Source: Yuukianura sp. NJ FZ-2021
Lineage: Eukaryota
DNA length: 64,000 bases
Direction of reading: 5' to 3'
Assembly (NCBI GenBank): GCA_046563655.1
Contig: CM102285.1
Span: 868,001-932,000, forward strand
The position numbers and the translations under genes are program-made. This document shows, piece after piece, positions 39,001 to 50,227 of this stretch. Each line of letters starts with the position of its first letter. Positions within the stretch are counted from its first letter, which is position 1. The notes below the pieces were generated by a model. The model saw only the letters and a program-made list of their open reading frames with translations. It did no database searches and was not told the DNA's origin.

Positions 39001-39624
39001 TAAATTAGACACAAGATAAAAAAAAACGGTCGGAAACCGATGTAAGTAAGTAGCGAAAGAGGGTTTTAGCGAAACGCTGCTCATGATGAAACATAATATA
39101 CCGTGGTGAACATAATTTTGAAGGTAAATGAAAAGTTGACCTTTGACCCGTAGTGAGATTACTTGTGGTAGGTAACCTCATGTACACAAAAGTTGTTATC
39201 CTCGATGAGACGATGATCGACTCGACTTTTAGATGTCATTTGTGATGCTGCCGGATATAACACCGGTATTGACCTTTGACTCGGAAGGAGGGGAACCATA
39301 AAGTAGCTTTCGCTGCTTAAACAGCGTATTATTAAATATCTTTCTTTTTTAGATCTATACTTTTCAACAATTTCAACTTCGACGATTTTAGATCCACAAC
39401 TTAAGGCTGAAGAATTTCGGAACCACTTGAAGGTGAGTTTATTATATCAAATATTTTATATAAAATTTTTCATCATTTAGTCAATTGTTTTAAACTGCCT
39501 GAGTTTTATCCTCTACATAAAAATTTAAATTCAGAAACGTGAAATTCTAAATGTTCAAGAACTTCAACACTACTTCAAAGTCCAATGGTGGATTAGCGTG
39601 GTTGACGATGAAAAAGTAGTATAG
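36098..39624 (+). CDS. F-box protein (divergent LRR-like C-terminus) copy 1; exons approx. 36098-36118, 36914-37452, 37883-38116, 38195-38718, then short exons ending at 39624
   Basis: The spliced N-terminus MSRLPQL|VLEQIFQNLNVQDLCSTRLVCSQWNQL is an F-box motif. LRR-like segments (LPRLSILDV, FPNVTKLQL). The C-terminus ...QWWISVVDDEKVV* matches the paralogue. Confidence 0.8.
36167..36787 (-). mobile_element. Helentron/DINE-1-like element in F-box intron 1
   Basis: Inverted TAAGTATCGTCAGAT ends and (GGAC/AGAC)n microsatellite. A close reverse-complement copy is at 51696-52484. The element is absent from the paralogous intron (40875-41028). Confidence 0.8.
37500..37780. mobile_element. MITE with ~55-bp imperfect TIRs
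   Basis: GGAGTTTGCGTT...ATTTAT.AGAATTTATA.AAAGTA.AGAATTTA at the left and its reverse complement ending AACGCAAACTCC at the right. Confidence 0.7.
39045..39330 (-). mobile_element. Helentron/DINE-1-like fragment (AGCAGCGAAAGCTACTTTATGG family)
   Basis: Shares terminal motifs with 4848-5352. The GAAAGCTACTT/AGCTACTTTATG motif recurs near 18920, 49055, 58615 and 62640, each followed by (CTGT)n. Confidence 0.5.
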
Positions 39625-40853
39625 TTCAAGCAACAGTTAAAAATTAGTTGCGTACGTAAGTTAAACGTAGTTTTAGAAGTCATGGTTTTTACTAATCGTA
39701 GATTGACTTATAGTCCAACGTGTCCAAAATTTATGTATGACAGTTGGATTTTTGAAAGTAGGGGTTTTGATAATTCAGTTTTGACAAACTTTAACAAAAT
39801 TTCAGTTTGTCAATTTCACTAAACCGCAATTTCCTTTTTTGAACATTAAGTTAGTAGTTGTTATAAATTTTGAAACAGTTTAAGTCGTACAAATTTTGGA
39901 CAAATTTTGCCAAAACTCAGCTTGTTTTCGACAAACGTTGCCGCATCAAATATTTCAGAAATGAAAAGGCAAGTTTTAGGTTACAAATTTATATGAATTA
40001 TCTCATTAGCTTTTTAGTCACATACTTCAACACCATTTGACGACGTTTTTCCAAATGGCAAATCTTTGAATTTCAACTTTTGCCAAGCTTTCTAAAATCC
40101 AAATTTTTTAAAACTGTTCTCTTATCAATCACATATTCTTATTTGTGAAAGCAGAAACTGGTGCATGTGCATGCGTATGTTTGAAAATGGGATAAACTGA
40201 ATCCAAAAAGTATTTTGTTACATTTTTTACCCTTTGTTTGTTTAAAATTTACGATTGCAAAGAAAAAACTACAAAACGCAAGAAGTTTATTGTCTCCTTC
40301 TTTATCACTTCCTTGAAAATTTTAAGTGTTAACTTAAACTAGTGGTTTAGAGTGGTTCTTTGTTGCTTATTCTCTTCAACGTTTAACAATCATTTTACAT
40401 TATGTTTGATTAGTTAAAATAAACTAAAACTTATATAGTTTTACATGATTGTCAACAATAAATTTGTTACAATTTTGGTCACAATGTTTGTCCAATGTCA
40501 GTTAAGGTTAAATTTAAATTTCTGGGGAATAATTCTGCAATAATTTATTAATTTAAAGTAAACTTCGTTCTTTTCTTTTAATAAAATCAGATTTGGAAAA
40601 ATTTCCATAATTTTTGAAATGTATTGTATGGTCTGTATCACCGAGTTCCTCATTTCGTTTTTCATGTTGTGTTTTCCCTTCCGGCGGTTCTTAAAATAAA
40701 AATCACTTACAATAGTTTTGAGACACAAAACTCTTCGTTTTATAATTCCATTTTCAGCTTCAGAAAAAAACAGTTTCCAAATTGTACTGCGAAGACACAG
40801 TGCTACTGCACCTTAAATTCTTGATTTTAAAATTCGTCCAACTCTGTACTGAC

Positions 40854-43800
40854 ATGAACCGCCTTCCGCACTTTGTAATTTGATCTTTCCTTATTTTTCA
40901 CCAACAATTGCTGCTGTAATACACAGTAGCAAGGATTAAATAATAAATATACAAAACATTTTAAACTTGAGCTTAGGTTATTACGGTAAACAATTTTTGT
41001 TTAATTTTTTATAATTTTCATAATACAGGTATTAGAACAGATTTTTGAAAATCTCAATGTCCAAGACTTGTGTTCTACCCGACTGGTTTGCTACCAATGG
41101 AACCAAATGTTTCTGAGGAAAATGAAATTTTCAAATTCAAATTTCCCAAAGTCTCTCCATTACGTTTCCCTTCAAACAGACGAGCAAATGGAACTGTTCT
41201 TGTCCACATTCGGCAGAGCTGAAGTTCCAGTTCCATTCCAGCGATTTCTGTGGAATGTCCATGCTGGAACTGATGCCCAGGTCAATGCCTTTGGAACTCT
41301 GTACGCAAACTGCATCGTGGAATTGTGCATTAACGATTCCCCTACTGACGACTTCCTGGTGGATACAAGAAGCTACGATCCGGTAAAACACCGTAGTACT
41401 CAAGAGGAAAGAGTGAAACGAATGAGCCCTCTTCTACACAAAGTGAGCCAGTCGCTGGAAGTACTCCAAATTGAAATACTGGCCTATTGGGCTGATCAGG
41501 TGCCGGAAGGGATTCCAGTTCCCTTGCTTCCGAGACTGTCCGTCCTTGACGTTAACTGTGGCAGGTAAGTACAAAGTTAAAGTTCGGCTACAGCTCCTTG
41601 TTAAATTTGGGTGAAAATCCTGCTAAAATTTTGTTCAACCCAAGGTGGATAAACAAAGAAATATTTTTCTTTAACAGGTTAGGCAATAACTCGACTTTTA
41701 AGTTTTTAATGGAAAAATTTTCAATACTGAATTCACCTAGTTTGAATCGCGGTTGGTATGGTAAACGGAGTTAAAAAATTCGGAGAGATGGCTTTTGAAT
41801 TGGCAAATTCAAAGTCGAAAAAGAGTAAAAGGTAGAAAAAACAAAAAAGGTAGAAAACATTGTTTGGGGCGAGATTTTTTTCCAAAACAGGACTTACTAG
41901 CAAACCTCTTAAAGGAAGAGTATTTTGTTGTTATAGCAACCATGGTTCAACCTAACCTTCATGTTTAATGTACGATACCATTATCCACATTTTTACAGAA
42001 TGTCACATGTAGGGAACTACCAAAACTAAAAACATTCAATTTCTATACATTTCAAATCCTTCCATTAATTTTAAGTTATACGGTATCTGTCGAGAAAAAA
42101 ATTTTTGCAGAAAGAAAACACTATTTTACGAATAATTTGGCATTTATCATCTTTTGAGCAATGCTCCTGCGTTGGAATTCTATGCACAAAACCTCATTAG
42201 TTTATTTCTATTTATTTATATATTTTCAGAATGTACCACTGGGTTAAGGCCATGGTGAGGAATGCTCCTGTATTGGAATTCTTTACACCAAGACATTTCG
42301 TCCTCTGGCATCCTACGGCCTACGGCATCTTAAAGGACTTTGGAAGACATCTCCAAGACATAGACTACGATCCAGAGGAGAGCAAAATTCAAGAATATTC
42401 CAAAAGATGGTTCGACGCAAATGCACGGAGGCTCAAACTTAAACTTGAAGCAGAAGATATGATGGAAATTGGTAACTGGATCCAATGTTGCCATGTTGTC
42501 TGATGTGGTCATGTGCTATTTTGTCATGTTACGCTATGTTGTATCAGATGCCGAGCTACGTCACCGCGTATGGAAGGACCAGGTCAAAAATATACTAGCC
42601 ATCGACTCACCACCCAACGATGAATTGGATTTGTTTGGCGTCTTTCCGCGCGTTCACGCACTGAAGACTACGGCAGTCACGTGGTTGGAAAATCCGTTGA
42701 AGGTTTTTAGTCCAACAAAACTTCCACAACTCAAACGGGTCGTTGTGGATGAAAATCGAACTGAATTCACTAAGCTGGATTTTCCAGTTGAGCTTTCCAA
42801 TGTCTACCCAAATGTTGTAGAATTCCGCCTTGGAGTAAGAACAAACCCTGAACGGACATACACACCTCTGCCATACTACAAACTCTTCCCAAATGTCACT
42901 AAACTCCAGTTGGACAACGAAGTTACGCGCAATCTCATTGGTTTGCTCAACAACTTCGAGCATGTCCGTTGTCTCGTAATTTGCTACGCACGTTCATGTA
43001 GAAACTACAATATGGAACAGCATGACTTTGACCTAGAATGTGGAGCTAAGCCGCACGTCGTGTCATTCAAGAGTAAGTTGGTTTCCATGCGAAATATATG
43101 ATACTATTTATTTAAATTTGATATAGTATGTATTATAAAAATGTGTTGTTCAGCGAAAAGTAGACACCAACAAACACAAAAGTTTGTTTATTTTCAAAAT
43201 TCTGGGGGGCTATGAGTACCAAATTCAAAAAAATACCCTGTGCATTATAAATTCGTTTAAAACGTATTTCGTTTGTTGGTCTGAATCTCCCCCAGAAATT
43301 GCAAATTTTACAAAAAATGTCATGGAAACAATTTTGGGGTGTCTACTTTTCGCTGAACAACACTGTATATATAATATAACAGATTTTCTATATAAATCAT
43401 AAACAAACTTATGTTTCTCTGCAGAGTTGGAGCGTCTTGAGTACTACGGTATGAACGCAAGTGAAGACGTTTTTTCTCGATTGGTTTGCAGTGCAAAATC
43501 CTCTCTGTTGCCGAGTTTAAAGGGAGTTCGCTGTTTGCACGAGATGAGTCCAGGACCTTTCTTATATTGTAAGCGAATTATATATTACATGTTATAAAAT
43601 ATGATATTTCTGTTATATAGGTATAATATAAATAATATGTATTATACGTATTTTATTCAATTTTGATACAGTTTATAACCTTGAAGAATGTCTGAGTGAC
43701 TTGAAGGTGAGTTGTTTGTCTCAAATATTTTTAAAGAATTTGACAACGTTAAACCAAATTTTTTCAAGTGAAATTTTGGCTTCCACTTGGAAATTTGAAT

Positions 43801-43894
43801 TTAGAAACGTGAATCACAAAATATGCAACAACTTCAACGTTACTTCCAAGTCCAATGGTGGATTTACGGAAATGGCTATGAAAAAGTAGTATAG
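40854..43894 (+). CDS. F-box protein copy 2; exons approx. 40854-40874, 41029-41564, 42230-42471, 42548-43072, then short exons ending at 43894
   Basis: MNRLPHF|VLEQIFENLNVQDLCSTRLVCYQWNQM F-box. Collinear with copy 1, including the upstream flank. Confidence 0.8.
41642..41991. mobile_element. Interspersed repeat, probably a non-autonomous DNA element; second copy at ~55720-56012
   Basis: AAGGTGGATAAACAAAGAAATA... about 300 bp is shared with 55720-56012. A short inverted end TTATCCACATT lies at ~41981-41991. Confidence 0.65.
43141..43365. mobile_element. Tc1/mariner-type MITE in an F-box 2 intron
   Basis: 26-bp perfect inverted GTGTTGTTCAGCGAAAAGTAGACACC. The right end CACTG is followed by TA. 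Confidence 0.85.
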
Positions 43895-44755
43895 TTGAAA
43901 CAAGAGCTAAAATTATTATCTACTTAAGTTAAACGTAGTTTTAGAAGTTAGTGTTACTAATATCAAACTGAAGCATGTTGAAACATTTCAAAAACGAAAC
44001 TTACAATTTCCTTCATTCACTTTCGACAAACTTTGACAGTTGCTGACTTTCACCAAATTATATTTTCCTTTTTTCAACTTTAAACTGATGTTGACACAGT
44101 TTTTTTTGTCACAAATTTAAAACAAACACATTGCCAGACCTCAAATTGTTTCAATTATAAATTTTTGACAAACGTTGTGGAATTAAATATTTTAGAAATT
44201 AAACAGTAAATTTTCAATCACATTTGTAAATTTTTTTATCAGCTTTTTGAGATCCAATTTTGAGTTTCACGAATTTTTCGAAATTACAAATTTTTAAATT
44301 CCGTTTTTTGCCAAACTTTGTAGAATCAAGACTTACAAAAATACTGCTTTCACATTTCACAAATTCAAAATTTAGATTAGCAGAATTATAATTTTTCAAC
44401 AAAATTTTAAAAACTGTTTCGCATGTGCCGTCAATAAATGGTAAAACTCAATCCAGAAGGAAATTTTTCAATAAAAATATAAATAACCCCTGTGTTTAAA
44501 ATTGAGGATCGCAAAAAGCTGCAGCACTAGTGCAGTTTATTTGTCGTTTTTTATGCCACTGTCCGAGTCCAAGGTTTTCTTCTCAGAATTTTGGTGTTAA
44601 GTTAGGGTAGTGTAGAATTTAAGCGTCTATCAAACTATGAAATCATCTCTTCAAACTAGTGGCAACTTAAAATCAGCTGCTCAGTATCTAATTTAGAAGT
44701 CACTGAAATTAACATTTCAAATAAAATTTTATTTAACGTAATTTGGATTTATATA

Positions 44756-46517
44756 ATGATCAACAAAAAGTTCGTGACAATTGTTGTCATTTTGGCTGTC
44801 CAAAGTCACATTTCCTTTGGAATCAAATTTGCTACGCAGTCTGTCCATGCTTACAACGACGATTGGACCTTGGTTGCTAAGATACCAGTACAAGGAATTA
44901 TTGACAAAAAACTTCCCACGAAAGTTCAAAAAATTGACAACGTAAGTTCTCTTCTTCTTTTCTTTTTCTTAATTAAAACTTTTTAAAAGTTTTTTTGTGA
45001 GTTTTTTGCTTAATTTTGAAATTCGCATTTTTCGGATGGGCAGGCTGTGCTTTTTGCGCCCACTGATGGACATGGGTGTGACTTGGAGAATTTGGGCCAT
45101 CCAAAAATAAAAATGGAACTGGGGTGGGAAAAAAGTGAAAATTTTGAAAAACCTGATGGACGAAAAATTGAAAATTTGGACTTTATTTTACTTTTGAACC
45201 CTCTACATTGTGATTTACCAACGAAAATTCAAAATGCTCATTTGGCGGGCTACACTGCGGTGATTCTGCACAACACAGTTGCAAATGATAACCCAAGTTC
45301 AGTCGTTCTGGAAGCCTCGGATGTCCGTTCAAATTCTCGCGCCATCAAGATTTATTTCGTGGGACAAAAGTATGGCAGGCTGCTCGTGGACTTGTTTACT
45401 TTCCCCAAGAGGTAACAATACACAAAAGTTAGTGTATGAAAGTTAACAACAATTTCAAAATAGGCGCCAATTGTAAAATTTTCAAAATTTGAAAACAGAT
45501 TTTCCGTCCGAGTTTGTGCCGATCCGGAAGACTTTTACTTGACACGATTTGCGGATGATTTGGAAGGAAATGTTCCGAAAAAACCAAAACCGACGATACG
45601 ACTCCCGCATTTGCTCAAAGCCACTTCCAAAAAAACTCAGGACACTAGTTTGTTAGGGCAAGTTCAAAATTTAAAAAATTGTCATGATTCAAGACAAAAA
45701 TTTTCGTTTTTTTAGTTTGAATCTTATGTCACATGACGATTTCGAACACTTCCTGGAAGATGCATGCAACTTTCCTCGCCTTTTAGCATTTTTTGGTGCC
45801 ATGATCCTATGGATTCTTCAAAACGGAATTGTTTGGGCAGTTATTTTGACGAGTGGCTTTTTCGGTTGCGTTGTTCTCCTAAGTCTAACGAGTCCCATTT
45901 TTGAATTTTTTGAAAAATACGCTCCGAGGGCGCGAAGAGTTCCAATCGACGCCCATGAGCTTCTAAACGCAAATCCTCCTCTCGCGCCGCGTGAAAATTT
46001 CGTCGTTAACGACGCCCTGATGCAGGAAATCCTTCGTCTGTTTCAAAGAATTCAGGAATTGGAAGGCCAGCAGAACCACCAGGCGGTTCCCGCCTTGGCT
46101 CCACAGGTCATTGACTCCTTGGTGGAATTTGAACTGGACAACGAAGGTTTAACTTAATTAAAATAAATTAAGTATTTTTAAAATATTTTATTAATGTTTT
46201 ATTATAATATAATATTAATTTATTTTCAACAGAAGCAACACTCCTGGGCATTTGCGCCATTTGCCAGGAACAATTTGCAGCCCAAGAAATGGCGATCAGA
46301 CTGGAACCGTCCTGCTCTCACGTTTTCCACGCAGAATGTGTTCAACACTGGCTCAGAGTGGTATGAACCAGGCTTAAATATAATATAATAATAAAATATA
46401 AATATTCAAGATATTATTAATTATATCATAATGTATATATATATTATTCAAATTTTGAAGGGCTGAAACTGCCCTACTTGCCGAAGACCAGTTAAAGGAA
46501 ACTTGGAAATTGACTGA
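44756..46517 (+). pseudogene. PA-TM-RING-H2 E3 ligase (RNF13/RNF167/Godzilla-like) copy 1, with a premature TGA at 46464-46466
   Basis: Signal peptide; PA domain (CDLPTKIQNAHLAGYTAVILHN); hydrophobic segment; RING CAICQEQF...CSHVFHAECVQHWL. The last exon reads GGC TGA AAC TGC CCT ACT TGC, so the stop precedes the final CxxC. One donor site is GC. Confidence 0.75.
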
Positions 46518-47130
46518 AAATTTCAACCGGAAGGCTGCTTGATCCTGTGTTACCACAAATGTATAATTATCACAGATAGTTTTTTTTTGGTTTATGCTTT
46601 TGTATGTAATATTATATAATATAAAAATAATATTCTAATATTTATTTTAACAAAGTGCAATAAAACCTCTTATCACGCAACACTATTTTCTGGCTCATTT
46701 TAGAGCCTGAAAGCCGGAAAACTCAAATTTGTTGCGAGATTTTGAATTTTATTAAGTTTATAGAATTTCCGAAAATTAAATTTGTGATTTTTGTTTTACT
46801 TTGGTGCAATTAGAAACTTTACGGTAACAACGCAGGATTTTTTATGGAGCAATGAGGGGTTTTAATGTATCCTCCAACATTGCATTCATTGATACGCAAC
46901 TACTAATTAAAAATGTGAGATGAATTACACCGCTGACGTCAATCACAGCATGACTGTACCTTCATACTTTCTTGAGTCACTCAAGCGCACAGCAAAATTA
47001 AATCTTCACTTTAAATACACATCAAATTGTTTCAAAAACTATTATTTAAAATAATTCGGAAATTTTGTGAACATTCGCGCTGGTTATTTTAAACTGGCTT
47101 CTTTCAAGCAAACAAAAAAGGTCGTAGAAA

Positions 47131-47220
47131 TTGTATAAATACGAAGCTAAAAAAACTTTCTGTTTGTAGATTTAGTTTTAAATGGAATAAAATGGTCAGG
47201 CGCGGATTTCTTGGAGTTTA
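47131..47220 (+). promoter_or_regulatory. Orphan duplicated lipase promoter (TATA box) plus the first ~9 codons
   Basis: TTGTATAAATA at 47131 followed by GATTTAGTTTTAA and ATG GTC AGG CGC GGA TTT CTT GGA (MVRRGFLG), matching lipase starts. Repeated at 53412-53500. Confidence 0.6.
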
Positions 47221-47530
47221 AATTATATACTCTTTTAATATAATATAATTAAATGCATTCTAATACTTGTTTTGTCAAACTCAAATATAGTTGATACGTA
47301 ATTATCAATTAAAAGTGGATATTAAAATATACGACGAAGAATCTTCACACTTTCTTGAGTCCCACAAGCACAGGAATTGCATTGCATTTTCAATTTAGAT
47401 GCAAAATTTAGATATCAAATTGCTTTACAAACTGCTATAAAAAATAATTTGCATTTGTTTTTGAAAAGTTAGGCTGCGTTTACTTGGCACAAGATTCTTT
47501 CAAACAAACAAAAAACGCAGTACTAAAAAT

Positions 47531-47540
47531 TGTATAAATA
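47531..47540 (+). promoter_or_regulatory. TATA box of lipase copy 1 (conserved before every copy: ~49653, 53863, 56568, 61902)
   Basis: TGTATAAATA lies about 56-59 nt upstream of each lipase ATG. Confidence 0.7.
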
Positions 47541-47590
47541 CCAACCTCAAAAAGCTTTTCGTTTGCAGATTTAGTTTTAAAAGCAGAAAA

Positions 47591-48993
47591 ATGCTCGGCA
47601 ACGGATTTTTCGGAATTCAAATTTCCCTCATTTTTTTCTCGATACTCATTTTAGAAAATTGTGCAACTTTGAAAAAGTATGATGCTGCCAAAAAAGTTGT
47701 AAAATTTCTGGAAACTGTTCCCGCCATAACAGACGATCCATTCACCGAAGTGTTTCGGTTGATAGACAAAGTCTATGATAAAATAGGCATAAGTCAAGCA
47801 TTCAACGGGAATGCTGAAACGACTCAAGCCAAAGTGAGCAGTCCAGTACGCGTGACGAGACCACCAATTGAGTCTGCCGTTTACTACTACAACTACGCAA
47901 TGGCAGCTACATGTGAAAGTAGTTTGGAGAAATGGGACTGCTGCTACTGTAAAGTACTCGGAACACACATTCGACTGATTACACTCTATGTCAATCCTTA
48001 CTTCCACCACAAATGGTTTGTAACTGTGGATGACAAACGACAAGAAATTGTGTTGACCTTTCAATCTGCGTTGAACCTCGGAACAGCTTTTACAGCCGCG
48101 ATGTACATTTTGACCAAATTTGAAGAATCGCCTGACATCATGATTCACACAGGATTTTTAAAAGCACTTTCAGCCGATTATGACAAAATTGTGGCTGTTC
48201 TGAAACGTATAACAGAGTGGCATCCAAAGTACAAGTTGATTCTAACAGGTAAAACTTAATGCTTAATCTTTTAAACTTGTCTCACTTTTGTTAAATTGTG
48301 TGTAAATTTTGCACCATTTATGTTATTTCGTTATTCAAGTGACCTTGACCTTGACTTTGTTTTTTGTTAGGTTTGAGCTACGGCGCTAATATGTCTTCAC
48401 TCATGACTTTTTTGCTGAAGTATCGAAATACTTTGCCGAACACTGCAATTGAACTCTTCACTTACGGAGGGTTGCGTAACGGAAACAAAGCTTATGCCGA
48501 TTTTATGAACAACTTGACAATTCCAGTTGCACGCGTAGTTCAAACAGACGATTTGGCTGTAAGATTTCCTCCAGCATCTCTAGGCTACTACCACCATCAC
48601 AACGAACTTTTTATTTTGGATGATGGCGGTGGGAATCGAACTGTTGGCTACTGCTCAACAGAGTTCTACGAGGCTCCTGAGTGTGCACAGTCTCGTGGTT
48701 CTAGTTTACTCACCGTTCAGCCAAGCAAACTAGCCATTGATCATCTCTCGTACTTTGGGATTGAACCCAGCAAATGTTTACTGAATGCACCAATTGAATT
48801 TTTGTTACAAGCATTTTGGCCACTGCGCAGCCTCATTCCGGTTGACCTGTTGGACCAAATTCCAAAATTTTCTTTTGACTCAAACATTGTTGAAGACTGG
48901 CGCTACTTTGTTAATGCTGGAATTCGAAATTTGTATAAAGCTGCAAGCAAATCATCAACTTACTATAAGGCTAATGGATGGAAACCACAGTGA
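47591..48993 (+). CDS. Secreted class-3 (fungal-type) lipase copy 1; exons 47591-48248, 48371-48993
   Basis: Signal peptide, WDCxxC, IHTGF, spliced nucleophile elbow TG|LSYG, RVVQTDD (Asp) and DHLSYFG (His). Confidence 0.9.
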
Positions 48994-49709
48994 AGCGAGG
49001 ACAAGAAAACAATTTTTTTCGAGTTACAACGGCTAATAATTTATAAAGTAAGGAAAGCTACTTTATGAATTGATTGTCTGTCTTCCTGTAGTTGTAGTGT
49101 AGTTGGCGGCAATTATATATATATATATATACATATATTATATAATATGTTATTTTGATGTAGAGGAGTGATTGTCCTATTAAAAGTCTTCGATTCATCC
49201 TTGAAGTATTGCTTTTGCAAAAAAAAAATTCGTTCGTTTCTTAAGTTATACGGTATGATTTAGGTATTACATAGTATAATTGAGTATACGATACTTAAAT
49301 ATAATGTATATGCAATTACTAATTAAAAGTGAGTGTCAAAAGTGAAAAAGCAATTCTCCGTATGCATGAGCGAGTCAAGAAGTTTTGCAGGTTCAGTCGG
49401 ATCTTCAATCACGCTTTGATTGTCTTGTGATACGAATGACGACAATCAAAGCATGACTGAACAACCGACACAACCTTCAAAGTTAGTCACTAGTCACTTC
49501 AGCACGGAAAAAAAAATTAAATTTTCACTCTAAAATCATATCAATTTGTTTCAAAAACAATTATTTTAAATTATTTGGAAATTTTTACAGCATTCGCGCC
49601 AATTATTTGACAGGCATTCCTTTCAAACAAACAAAAAGCTTGGTAGAAATTGTATAAATACTAACATCATAAAACTTTTTGTTGTAGATTTCGTTTTAAA
49701 AGCAATAAA

Positions 49710-49915
49710 ATGCTCAGGCGCGGTTTTTTTTTTGGAATTCAAATTTTCCAAATTTTTTGTCGCTACTTATTTTCCAAGAATGTACAAACTTTGAACAAGT
49801 ACGATGCTGCAAAAGACGTGATGAAATTTCTGGAGAGTGTTCCAGCCATAACAGACGATCCATTCACCGAACTGTATCAGATGATAGACAAAGTGTTTCA
49901 TAAAATAGGCATAGG
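49710..49915 (+). pseudogene. 5'-only lipase fragment truncated at a duplication breakpoint
   Basis: Encodes the lipase N-terminus up to KIGIG, then switches to sequence matching the flank upstream of PA-RING copy 1 (AAACTCAATCC.GAA.G, ~44445). Confidence 0.85.
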
Positions 49916-50227
49916 CTGTGAGAAACTCAATCCCGAAAGGAAGTTTATAACTTAAAATTAGCACCTTGTTTATTGAAAATTGACGAGTGCAAAAAACTGC
50001 AACACTGCACTGGTGCAGTTCGCTTTTTTAATGTCCGAGTCCAAGGTTTTCTTCTCAGAATTTTAGTGTAAACTTTATGGTAGCCTAGACTGTAAGCTTC
50101 TGTCAAGCTATGAAATCATCTCTTCAAACTAGTGTCAACTAAACATCAGCTGCTTAGTCTCTAATAAAAGTCTGAATGCAATTAACAGTTCAAATAAATT
50201 TTACTTAACGTAATTTGGATTTACATA

